From the IMG/VR virus record IMGVR_UViG_3300033182_000157, positions 16,036 through 80,035 of that record: 64,000 nucleotides of DNA; one strand, given 5' to 3'. The DNA comes from a virus. Within the stretch, counting starts at the first letter, position 1. Each line of letters begins with the position of its first letter. Positions 1 to 9,053 of the stretch are shown here, in pieces. Below the pieces are notes generated by a model that had not been told where the DNA came from, searched no databases, and worked only from the letters and a program-made list of their open reading frames with translations. A program made the position numbers and the translations under genes.

Positions 1-2
1 CA

Positions 3-701
3 TCGTTTCCAAGTTTAGGAGGAGATTGGCGTTGTAGACTTTCAATGCCTTCGCATCCTTTATATTCGTCTAGTCCTGTACTAAGTCCTATAAGACAAAG
101 TAACGGACTTGTTTGGCCATATACTCCAACAGTGTCAATCATACATTCTGCTCAATATAATCCTATATCACATACACATACAAACTATCCATTCCAGGCA
201 TACAGAAACAGTACAGTTGATCAAATCAACGTTAACGGTCAGTTTTTTGTCGAAACTGAAGAAGAAGGCAAGTATTGGATTGCTATGTTACACTTCTTAC
301 GTAGTGTTACTAAAATGGCGTATGGTAATAATAATGGTGACATACAAGGTTCTCCGCCACCAGTGATGCGTTTCAGCGGTTATGGTGACTATGTATTTAA
401 CAATGTACCGGTTGTCGTCCAGCAATTTACGATTGACTTATCACCAGACACTGATTACATTAGTGTTAATGTTGACAGCGGAGCAGGAAATGCGTTTAAA
501 GAAATAACTTCTGCTATTAGGTCGATAGCCGGAGGCAGTATTCCTAGTTTTGGCGGCGGCGGTGGTGGCCAAGTACACGTTCCTATCTCAAGTTTAGTTA
601 ACGTTACATTAGTACCTGCGTACAGCAGAAGAGAACAAGCCAAATTTAGTTTGAAAGATTTTGTTAATGGTGGTCTTGTTAAAGGTGGAGGCTACATTTA
701 A
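3..701 (+). CDS. Phage baseplate/tail-associated structural protein, 5'-truncated by the window edge
   Basis: The ORF-track frame stays open upstream of ATG 45 to the window start (SFPSLGGDWRCRLS-M). It contains WPYTP, YWIAMLHFLRSVTKM and GSPPPV..FSGYG..FNNVPVV motifs typical of tail-tube-initiator-like phage proteins. Its stop overlaps the gp53-like start. Confidence 0.6.
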   Translation, partial: SFPSLGGDWRCRLSMPSHPLYSSSPVLSPIRQSNGLVWPYTPTVSIIHSAQYNPISHTHTNYPFQAYRNSTVDQINVNGQFFVETEEEGKYWIAMLHFLRSVTKMAYGNNNGDIQGSPPPVMRFSGYGDYVFNNVPVVVQQFTIDLSPDTDYISVNVDSGAGNAFKEITSAIRSIAGGSIPSFGGGGGGQVHVPISSLVNVTLVPAYSRREQAKFSLKDFVNGGLVKGGGYI

Positions 702-1006
702 TGGCAGTAGAATATAAAGATTCAAGTCCTTGGGGAAGAACACCTTTCAATACTGACGGACACTTAGGCATTTTTAAAATTCGCCCAGTGCCGGCAGAAG
801 ATGATGATTTCTTATATGAAATTGAACCTCAGTACATTTATAGACCAGATTTGTTGTCATACGACATTTACGGTACCCCAAAATTATGGTGGGTATTTCA
901 GCAACGTAATATGGATACACTTCAAGATCCTGTTTTTGATTTTACGCCAGGAGTAAAGATTTATTTGCCAAAAAAAGATAATTTACTGCAAGTATTAGGA
1001 GTATAA
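701..1006 (+). CDS. Baseplate wedge subunit, T4 gp53-like (LysM-like)
   Basis: Motif YRPDLLSYDIYGTPKLWWVF..N, small size (101 aa), position in the baseplate cluster. Confidence 0.75.
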   Translation: MAVEYKDSSPWGRTPFNTDGHLGIFKIRPVPAEDDDFLYEIEPQYIYRPDLLSYDIYGTPKLWWVFQQRNMDTLQDPVFDFTPGVKIYLPKKDNLLQVLGV

Positions 1007-1009
1007 TCT

Positions 1010-3712
1010 ATGGCAAGACCAACGGTTGACACACTATTACATGGAATCAACAAAGTAGAGAACAGTTTATCTGATCTAAAGTCTGTTGGCTCTGTTAGTA
1101 ATGCTGTTGAAACAGTTAAAAATGTTGCTAACCTTGCTAATAATATTAAAGCATCTACTGAGGCACTAGTTACAGATGCTAAGTCTTTGCTTAACGGAAG
1201 TCTTACTGGTAAAGGTGCTCTAGTAAACTTTTTAAACGGCACTAATATTTTTTCAAGTGTTAGACCTAATGTGTTACATCAGTTTAGAACATACAACTAT
1301 ATTTTTACGTTAAGTTGTTTAACTAAAGAAGAATTAAATGATCCGCTCGGATCGTATCGTTCTAACCCTCCTAAAATTGTTGTTTGTCGTAGCGGCGGCG
1401 GCACAGCAAACAAAGTAAAAACAGTATACGAAGGTAAAGGGCATGTTGAGTACTTTATTGACAATGTAGAATTAACAAATACAATGCAAAATACTAGGGG
1501 TGTTGGTTCAACATCTGCGCATAGTATTTTCTTTGACGTTACTGAACCATATAGTATGGGATTGTTTTTACAAACACTACATCTTGCTGCTCAACAAGCA
1601 GGATATACAAATTATCTTGAAGCACCATTTTTATTAAGTATTGAATTTGTTGGTAATGTTGATGACGGGTCGATGCGTAGTATACCAGAATGCAAAAGGT
1701 ATATTCCAATTAGACTTTACGAAGCAAAAATGAATGTAACAGAAGCAGGCACACGTTATGCTGTGCGAGCAAACCCTTACAATCATATAGCAACAACAGA
1801 CCAAGTTAACAAAGCTAATCAGTCAATATCCTTTTCAGGAGAAACTGTACACGATGTTTTACAAAAAGGTGAAAACAGTTTACAAATTGCCTTAAACAAA
1901 AGATTTAGAACACAACGAGAACAGCAGCCTAATCTTGTAGTTGATGAAATTTTTATTGTACTACCAAAAGACCTTGCTGCTTCATCGCTAACCGGTAGTA
2001 AGTCGCCTGGCGACTCAGAAAAAACAGGTGATATTGATGCGGCAAAAGCCAGTCCTGGTGAATTATTAAGTACATTAAAAAATGCCGCGAGTGTTGTTGA
2101 CAATGCGGTAGGACAAGTTTCACAAAATTTATCTGCTTGGAGTACACAGGCACCAGCATTAGGATCGATTTTTAACGACTTAGGAAGTATTACAGATATT
2201 TCAGCAGCAGCAATCGATACAGTTAGTGCTATACAAGATTTAGCAAGTGATAAAAAGTCAGTTCTTAGTAAAGCAATTGGAAAAATATCTGGAGCACCGG
2301 CACCTAAATCATTAGGCGAAGCAAAAAAGAAAAAAGCAGAAGCAACAGACGATATTAAAGAAAGACAATCTGGTGCTAGTGATTTCTTAATTGGCGGTGT
2401 AAAGACAACACGTGAAGGCGAGTTTGGTAATCTTGTACAAGAAGATAGCACAGTAAATGCTATTGGTTTGGCCAAAATGGGATTTGACGTAACAAGTGCT
2501 GGCGCAGGCCCTTCACCTAAAGCAAACGAAGTGTACGATAAAGAAACTAAGACTATGAGCCGCGCCCAAGTTAGCATTGACCCTGGTAAACGAGAATTTA
2601 AGTTTCCAGCAGGATCAAAAATAACTGATATGATTGAAGAAGTTATAATAAACTCTGAATGGGGCAAAAAGTTTTTAGAACGTAAAGACGACAAAGGAAT
2701 GATTGATTGGTTCTCAATAGATCCACAAGTGTTTATCAACCCAGGCAAGAATGATGCTGATCAAGGTCAAATGGGTAAAGTTTATGTATATCGTGTTATA
2801 CCAGCAAAAGTACACTCAAGCATATTTAAAAAGCCAGGAGCAAAAGGCTTTGGATATAATAAGATTGCTCCGTTAGTAAGAAAAAAATACGATTACATCT
2901 ATACAGGTTTAAACAATGACATATTAGACTTTAACATTGAATATAACTTGGCATTTGTTAATGCTGTTCCTTCAGATATGGGTAATAATAGTGACGCTCC
3001 GTCTTCTATGAAAACAGTAGAAGATAAAGACGCAGTAGAATTATCCAAAGGGGAAGTATCAAACGATCCGCAACAAGCAGTTCCTTCTGTACCAGAACAC
3101 AAATTAAATGTTAAACAAGGCGGTGTAGCAGGCAACGAAACAACAGAAGTTAGAATTTCACGTTCATTCCAAAATGCTCTTGTAAACAGTACTGCTGACT
3201 TAGTAGAAGTAGATTTAAGAATTGTAGGTGACCCTTATTTTATAAGTGATAGCGGAATGGGCAATTATACTGCTGACTTAGGACCTGTTTCTACAGAGAC
3301 AGCAGATGGCGCTGCTGATTATCAAAGAACTGAAATTGACATAATGCTTAATTTTAGAACGCCTTTAGATATTGGCGGCAAAGGCGGCTATTATGAAATG
3401 TTAGAAGATACTGTTCCTATTTCACCATTTAGTGGATTATACAAAGTAGTCGAAGTTAAGCATACATTTTCAGAAGGCGAGTTTAATCAAGAGTTACATT
3501 TAGTTAGAAGACTTGACCAAGACAAGGATCTTAGTAAGGCTGCTACTAAAAATAATGATTTGGTTACTAAGACACAAAAACCAAACGAAGATGTTGTTCC
3601 TACAACTAACGAAGCATCGCAAGGCAAGCCTAAAACATCATCAAAGCCTACAGTTACTTCGGGAACTGATACATCTAGTAGTATTTTTGGCGATGATCTA
3701 GGAGGAGCATAA
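1010..3712 (+). CDS. Baseplate hub protein (gp27/gpD-like), 900 aa
   Basis: Lies between gp53-like and gp5-like genes. C-terminal LRIVGDP...FSGLYKVVEVKHTF..GEFNQELHLVR is a hub-type signature. Confidence 0.6.
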   Translation: MARPTVDTLLHGINKVENSLSDLKSVGSVSNAVETVKNVANLANNIKASTEALVTDAKSLLNGSLTGKGALVNFLNGTNIFSSVRPNVLHQFRTYNYIFTLSCLTKEELNDPLGSYRSNPPKIVVCRSGGGTANKVKTVYEGKGHVEYFIDNVELTNTMQNTRGVGSTSAHSIFFDVTEPYSMGLFLQTLHLAAQQAGYTNYLEAPFLLSIEFVGNVDDGSMRSIPECKRYIPIRLYEAKMNVTEAGTRYAVRANPYNHIATTDQVNKANQSISFSGETVHDVLQKGENSLQIALNKRFRTQREQQPNLVVDEIFIVLPKDLAASSLTGSKSPGDSEKTGDIDAAKASPGELLSTLKNAASVVDNAVGQVSQNLSAWSTQAPALGSIFNDLGSITDISAAAIDTVSAIQDLASDKKSVLSKAIGKISGAPAPKSLGEAKKKKAEATDDIKERQSGASDFLIGGVKTTREGEFGNLVQEDSTVNAIGLAKMGFDVTSAGAGPSPKANEVYDKETKTMSRAQVSIDPGKREFKFPAGSKITDMIEEVIINSEWGKKFLERKDDKGMIDWFSIDPQVFINPGKNDADQGQMGKVYVYRVIPAKVHSSIFKKPGAKGFGYNKIAPLVRKKYDYIYTGLNNDILDFNIEYNLAFVNAVPSDMGNNSDAPSSMKTVEDKDAVELSKGEVSNDPQQAVPSVPEHKLNVKQGGVAGNETTEVRISRSFQNALVNSTADLVEVDLRIVGDPYFISDSGMGNYTADLGPVSTETADGAADYQRTEIDIMLNFRTPLDIGGKGGYYEMLEDTVPISPFSGLYKVVEVKHTFSEGEFNQELHLVRRLDQDKDLSKAATKNNDLVTKTQKPNEDVVPTTNEASQGKPKTSSKPTVTSGTDTSSSIFGDDLGGA

Positions 3713-3715
3713 TAA

Positions 3716-5065
3716 GTGGCAGAAATTAGACGTAGTCCATATCAAGCAAGTTTTCCAAAAGACGCAGGTCCTTATAGAGCAACTGTGATTAAACATCTTG
3801 ATGGCGGCTATATGGGACGCTTAAGAGTTAGTTTACGTAAAACTACAGAAGCAGGTGATCCTTTAGGTAATGAAGAAGCAGCATACGATGTTGCTTATCT
3901 AAGTCCTTTCTACGGAACAACAGGTGGCAAGCAATACTTGTCAAAAAATAAAGATTACAACAGCACACAAAAAGCATATGGCTTTTGGATGGTACCACCT
4001 GATGTTGGCACAGATGTTCTTGTAATTTTTACAGAAGGTGTTAAAAAAGAAGGTTTTTGGATTGGTTGTATTCAGTCTGAATATATTAACATGACAGTAC
4101 CAGGCGTTGCTCCAGCAACTGACACTCGTTGGAAAGAAAATGAGCCCGGCGATATTACAGGTAAGCGTTTGCCATCAGGTGAAATTAACACACTGTTAGA
4201 AGATAATAAACCTAACTCAGATCCAACAAAAATTAAACGTCCTTATCATCCACATCAAACAGCATTTTTAAAAGAACAAGGGTTGCTAGATGACTGGGTA
4301 CGTGGCACAACAACTTCTAGTGCTAGACGTGATATGCCAAGTATGGTATTTGGTATTTCAACTCCGGGTCCTATTGATAAATCAGACGGTGCTCCCAAAG
4401 GTAGATATGGATCAAATACAGACGCAGTTTTAAAACCAGTTAGTAGATTAGGTGGTACTAGTTTTGTAATGGATGACGGTGACGAAACACTTGTAAGAAA
4501 AGCACCAGCAAGTGAAGCACCGCCAGAATACGATGTAAAAAGTGATTATAATTTACCTCACAACGAACTTGTAAGAATACGTACTAGAACAGGCCATCAG
4601 ATATTATTACACAATACAGAAGATTTGATTTATATTGGTAATGCTAGAGGCACTACTTGGGTTGAACTAACATCTAACGGTAAGATAGACATTTATGCTA
4701 AAGACAGCATTAGTATGCATACAGAAAACGATTTAAACATTACTGCTGGCAGAGATATTAATCTAAAAGCAGGCGGAAATGTAAACACAAATGCTGGCGC
4801 AAGTATACTAGAAACATCAGTAGGAACTAACGAAACTAAAGCAGGTGGAAATATTGTTGAAACTGCTCCTAATATTCATATGAATGGACCAGAAGCAACT
4901 GAAGCACCGCAACCGCACAGAGTACCGCAACACGAACCGTGGAGCGGGCACGAAAACTTAAACCCAGCAGGACATACTCCTGATAAAACACAAGGAACTA
5001 CTACACCAAAACCAGAAGAAGGAGAGTTACCAATTATCCCAGACACGTTTAGAAAGGGTGTATAA
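3716..5065 (+). CDS. Baseplate central spike, T4 gp5/VgrG-like
   Basis: GTG start after GGAGGAG. N-terminal OB-fold motifs GRLRV and GFWMVPPDVGTDVLVIF, then RIRTRTGHQILLH and short beta-helix repeats (NITAGRDINLKAGGNVN). Confidence 0.8.
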   Translation: MAEIRRSPYQASFPKDAGPYRATVIKHLDGGYMGRLRVSLRKTTEAGDPLGNEEAAYDVAYLSPFYGTTGGKQYLSKNKDYNSTQKAYGFWMVPPDVGTDVLVIFTEGVKKEGFWIGCIQSEYINMTVPGVAPATDTRWKENEPGDITGKRLPSGEINTLLEDNKPNSDPTKIKRPYHPHQTAFLKEQGLLDDWVRGTTTSSARRDMPSMVFGISTPGPIDKSDGAPKGRYGSNTDAVLKPVSRLGGTSFVMDDGDETLVRKAPASEAPPEYDVKSDYNLPHNELVRIRTRTGHQILLHNTEDLIYIGNARGTTWVELTSNGKIDIYAKDSISMHTENDLNITAGRDINLKAGGNVNTNAGASILETSVGTNETKAGGNIVETAPNIHMNGPEATEAPQPHRVPQHEPWSGHENLNPAGHTPDKTQGTTTPKPEEGELPIIPDTFRKGV

Positions 5066-5072
5066 AACAAGG

Positions 5073-5078
5073 TAAATA
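5073..5078 (+). promoter_or_regulatory. T4-late-like promoter box
   Basis: GG-TAAATA in an 18-bp gap, 5 nt before the gp25-like ATG. Confidence 0.55.
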
Positions 5079-5083
5079 TTGTT

Positions 5084-5521
5084 ATGGCTAAGAGACTTTA
5101 CAAAGACGTTGTTGTCAAATCAAATAAAGTACAAGAAGACCCTGTAGTTAGCAAAGCATACAGGGGGTTATCTACTGTCGGCAGACGTTCAGGTGAAACA
5201 ACAGTCTACGACTTGGCCTTAATTAAACAAGATTTGCTAAACAACTTTCATATCCGTCAAGGCGAAAAATTAGAAAATCCAGAATTTGGAACAATTATTT
5301 GGGACGTTTTGTTTGAACCTTTAACAGACGAAGTAAAGGAAGTTATAGCAGAAAATGTTACTGAGATTATTAACTATGATCCAAGAATACAGGTAGAAAG
5401 TGTAGTCGTTGACGAATACGAATCAGGCATTATTATTGAGTGCGAATTAAAATACTTGCCATACAACATTGTAGAGCAGTTAGTTTTTAGATTCGACGAA
5501 GATAACGGATTACTGAATTAA
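5084..5521 (+). CDS. Baseplate wedge subunit, T4 gp25-like
   Basis: Motif LIKQDLLNNFHIRQGEKLENPEFGT..WDVLFEP...INYDPRI. Confidence 0.85.
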   Translation: MAKRLYKDVVVKSNKVQEDPVVSKAYRGLSTVGRRSGETTVYDLALIKQDLLNNFHIRQGEKLENPEFGTIIWDVLFEPLTDEVKEVIAENVTEIINYDPRIQVESVVVDEYESGIIIECELKYLPYNIVEQLVFRFDEDNGLLN

Positions 5522-5549
5522 CTACGCACTTTTCTCAATCAAATAAATA
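5517..5549 (+). promoter_or_regulatory. ATTAACTACGCA element plus late-promoter box upstream of gp6-like gene
   Basis: ATTAACTACGCA at 5517-5528, TAAATA at 5544-5549. Confidence 0.55.
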
Positions 5550-5579
5550 CTATTAAGAAAATGGCAAGGTACCAATAAT

Positions 5580-8500
5580 ATGTCAACTACGAACAGACAA
5601 AACAGATTATTAGTTGCTGAAGATTGGAAGAGAATCTATCAGAGCTACCAAAACGCAGACTTTAAGTCATACGACTTCGACAATTTAAGAAGGGCGATGA
5701 TTAACTATTTGCGTCAAAACTATCCAGAAGATTTTAACGATTACATTGAAAGTTCAGAATACCTTGCTCTTATTGATCTTATTGCTTTCTTAGGTCAAAA
5801 CATTTCTTTCCGTGTTGACTTAAACGCTCGTGAAAACTTTTTAGAATTAGCAGAACGTAGAGATTCAGTACTACGTATTGCTCGTATGTTGTCATACAAT
5901 CCTAAGCGTAATAAAGCAGCAAACGGATTGCTACGTTTAGAAACTGTACAAACTACAGAAACTGTATATGATAGTAATGGCACAAATTTAAGTAATGTTA
6001 CAGTAGAATGGAACGATAGTTCAAACCCAGACTGGTACGAGCAGTTTACTAAAGTTCTTAATGCTGCCTTTACAAAGCGTAATCAAATTGGTTCGCCAAT
6101 ACAACAAGAAAATATTAACAATGTTGCTACAAGTGTTTATAAAGTAAATGCTAATTCAAACAGTGTGCCTAACTATAGTTTTTCTAAAAACGTAGACGGT
6201 AAAAACTTAGCATTTGAGGTTGTAAGTTCAAGAATTACAGACGGAGAAATTTTTGAAGAAACTCCGTTGCCAGGAAACAATCTAAGTATTCTTTACAGAG
6301 ACGACGGCGCAGGCGCAGGAAGTGCTAATACAGGATTCTTTGTACACTTCCGCCAAGGCACATTACAAACAGCAGATTTTTCAATTACTAATCCAAGTAA
6401 TAACCAAGTAGTTGCTCTTGATGTTGAAAACATTAACAACGATGATTTATGGTTATATCAACTTGATTCAAATGGCAGCGAACAAAGTCTATGGACTAAG
6501 GTAGATGCTATTGAAGGTAATAATGTTGTTTACAACTCAATTAACAAAAATATTAGAAACATTTACTTTCCACAAACAAGAGTTGGTGATAGAGTAAACT
6601 TAGTATTCAGTGACGGCGTGTTCGGTAACTTGCCTAAAGGCAATTTTAGAAGTTACTACAGAACTTCTACAAATGCTTCATATACTATTGCTCCTAAAAA
6701 CATACAAAATGTAAGTGTACAAATTCAGTATGTAAGTGGAATTGGTAAAATTGAAACAGTAACACTAAACTTATCGTTAACTACTACAATTAATAACAGT
6801 TCAGTATCTGAAGATAACGAAACTATTAAAACAAATGCTCCAGCGTTATATTACACACAGGGTAGAATGATTACTGCTGAAGATTATAACGTTGCTCCAT
6901 TAGCATCAAGTCAAGATATTATTAAAGTAAAAAGTGTAAACAGAACAACAAGTGGTTTTTCAAGATACTTTGATTTAATTGATGCTACAGGAAAATATTC
7001 TAACACTAATATTTTTGCTACAGACGGTGTTGTATACAGAGAAGAATTTAATGAAAAGATTAATTTTAGTTTTACTAATAGAACAGAAGTAGAAGATGTA
7101 GTATATAATCAAATTGTTCCTATTATTCGTAACAAGAAAACTAGAAACTATTTTTATAAAAACTTCCCACAAGTTGATATGTCAACATACGATTCAAAGT
7201 TTATTAACATAACTGCTGAAACAAACTTGTGTACAGGTTATTTCCAAGATATTAACTTTGGATCACCATTTGATGTAGGTCCAATATATGCTACTGGTAA
7301 CTTTAAATATATTCAACCAGGCGCAATGTGTAAATTTATTGCTCCGGAAGGGTATCACTTTATGTTAGATCGCAATAACGAACTAATGGCAGGTGAGCCA
7401 AATCATCCAGAAGCATCAACATACAAATGGGTTAAAGTTATTAGCGTTGTCGGAGACGGTAAAGGTAATCTTGAAGGTGTTGATTATACAGGCGTTGTTG
7501 ATAATGAAGGTACTATTAAGTTTAACGACAATATTCCAACAGGCGCAAAAATTGAAAAGATTGTACCTAAGTTTTCACAAGGGTTATTAGATGAAGTTTC
7601 TACAAGAGTAGTTGACTTAATCTTTGCTTATAAAAACTTTGGTTTAAGATACGATCAAAATTCTGCTACTTGGAAAATTATTTTAGAAGATAACTTAAAC
7701 ACAGTTAACGAATTTAGTTTAGGTAAAGCAGGCGACAACACAAATCAAAACTTAGATTCTAGTTGGTTAATACTTTTTGAAAACAACGGCGAAGTATACA
7801 CTGTAACTTATAGAAATTTACGTTACATTTTTGAAAGTAAAAAACAAGTACGCTTCTTCTACGACAGTTCAGATAAGGTATATGACAGTTCAACAGGAAA
7901 AGTAGTTAAAGATCAAATTAAAGTTTTAAACATTAACAACAAGCCGGATCAAACAATTCCATTTACTACAGATTATGCTTGGGAAATTATTGCTGAATAT
8001 AAAGAACCTACGGGTTATATTGATACTAAAAAGATTGAAGTAACTTTTGCTGACTCTGACGATGACGGCGTAGTAGACGATCCAGATATCTTTAAACAAC
8101 TTGTAGCACCAGATACTAATATTATAGAAAAATATATTGTTCAACGTTTAGCAAATAACTTAGATAATGTTGAAGAATGGGGATATGTTGATTTTAGTAT
8201 AGATAATATTTTAACAACTAAGCCAAATACTACTGACGGATTGCCTGAAGGTACTGTAACGGGCGATTTGTTTTATATTATAGATACTAATACATTTGAA
8301 ACTATTAATATGTCTAACGGAAAGTGGTCCATCAACAATAGTTATAGAGCGTTTGTTGGTAGAGATGACATGAAGTTCCAATATATTCACTCTGCTGATT
8401 ATAATCAAAGAATTGACCCAAGTGCTAGTAACATTATTGATGTTTATATGTTAACAAGAAACTACGATACAGAGTTTACTAAATGGATTAAAGGTATTAG

Positions 8501-9053
8501 AACAACCAAACCTTTACCTCCTAGCACAAACCAAATGTATTTTGACTACGGAAAACAACTAGATAGTATTAAAAGTTTAAGTGATGAAATTGTTTATCAT
8601 CCTGTAAGTTACAAAGTATTATTTGGTAGTAAAGCAGATTCAGAGTTACAAGCAAAAGTTAAGATTGTAAAAAACAAAGAAGTTGTTATTAGTGACAATG
8701 ACATTAAGACTAGAGTTATTACTGCTATTGACGAGTTTTTTGATATAGAAAACTGGGACTTTGGCGACACTTTTTATTGGAGTGAACTAAGTGCTTATAT
8801 TACATACAACTTAGCACCTGATATTGTTAGTATTGTTATTGTACCAGAAGATGCTAATTCGTCATTTGGATCGTTATTCCAAATTAATAGCGAAGGTAAC
8901 GAAATCTTTAAGAGTGGCGCAACAGTTAATGATGTTGAAATCATTGACGAATTAACTGCTACAAAACTAAAAGCACAAGGTTACATTACATATAATTCAA
9001 GTGACCTTACTACAATTACTACAGCAGATTTTAACGGAGGAAGTAGTCAATAA
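5580..9053 (+). CDS. Baseplate wedge subunit, T4 gp6-like
   Basis: DFDNLRRAMINYLR..YPEDFNDY..SSE..ALIDLIA, ENFLELAERRDSVLRIARMLSYNPK, FSDGVFGNLPKG, RMITAEDY; follows gp25. Confidence 0.85.
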   Translation: MSTTNRQNRLLVAEDWKRIYQSYQNADFKSYDFDNLRRAMINYLRQNYPEDFNDYIESSEYLALIDLIAFLGQNISFRVDLNARENFLELAERRDSVLRIARMLSYNPKRNKAANGLLRLETVQTTETVYDSNGTNLSNVTVEWNDSSNPDWYEQFTKVLNAAFTKRNQIGSPIQQENINNVATSVYKVNANSNSVPNYSFSKNVDGKNLAFEVVSSRITDGEIFEETPLPGNNLSILYRDDGAGAGSANTGFFVHFRQGTLQTADFSITNPSNNQVVALDVENINNDDLWLYQLDSNGSEQSLWTKVDAIEGNNVVYNSINKNIRNIYFPQTRVGDRVNLVFSDGVFGNLPKGNFRSYYRTSTNASYTIAPKNIQNVSVQIQYVSGIGKIETVTLNLSLTTTINNSSVSEDNETIKTNAPALYYTQGRMITAEDYNVAPLASSQDIIKVKSVNRTTSGFSRYFDLIDATGKYSNTNIFATDGVVYREEFNEKINFSFTNRTEVEDVVYNQIVPIIRNKKTRNYFYKNFPQVDMSTYDSKFINITAETNLCTGYFQDINFGSPFDVGPIYATGNFKYIQPGAMCKFIAPEGYHFMLDRNNELMAGEPNHPEASTYKWVKVISVVGDGKGNLEGVDYTGVVDNEGTIKFNDNIPTGAKIEKIVPKFSQGLLDEVSTRVVDLIFAYKNFGLRYDQNSATWKIILEDNLNTVNEFSLGKAGDNTNQNLDSSWLILFENNGEVYTVTYRNLRYIFESKKQVRFFYDSSDKVYDSSTGKVVKDQIKVLNINNKPDQTIPFTTDYAWEIIAEYKEPTGYIDTKKIEVTFADSDDDGVVDDPDIFKQLVAPDTNIIEKYIVQRLANNLDNVEEWGYVDFSIDNILTTKPNTTDGLPEGTVTGDLFYIIDTNTFETINMSNGKWSINNSYRAFVGRDDMKFQYIHSADYNQRIDPSASNIIDVYMLTRNYDTEFTKWIKGIRTTKPLPPSTNQMYFDYGKQLDSIKSLSDEIVYHPVSYKVLFGSKADSELQAKVKIVKNKEVVISDNDIKTRVITAIDEFFDIENWDFGDTFYWSELSAYITYNLAPDIVSIVIVPEDANSSFGSLFQINSEGNEIFKSGATVNDVEIIDELTATKLKAQGYITYNSSDLTTITTADFNGGSSQ

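Noticed and set aside
1819-2748. 309-aa antisense ORF and other antisense ORFs in the structural region (e.g. 27814..28347, 27022..27351)
   Set aside because: Fully nested opposite well-supported genes, with no motifs; expected shadows of biased codon usage.
701-9053. Bacterial T6SS or extracellular contractile injection system
   Set aside because: No TssJLM, ClpV or Afp15-type ATPase. Chaperone-bearing fibres, late-promoter boxes and gene packing indicate a phage.
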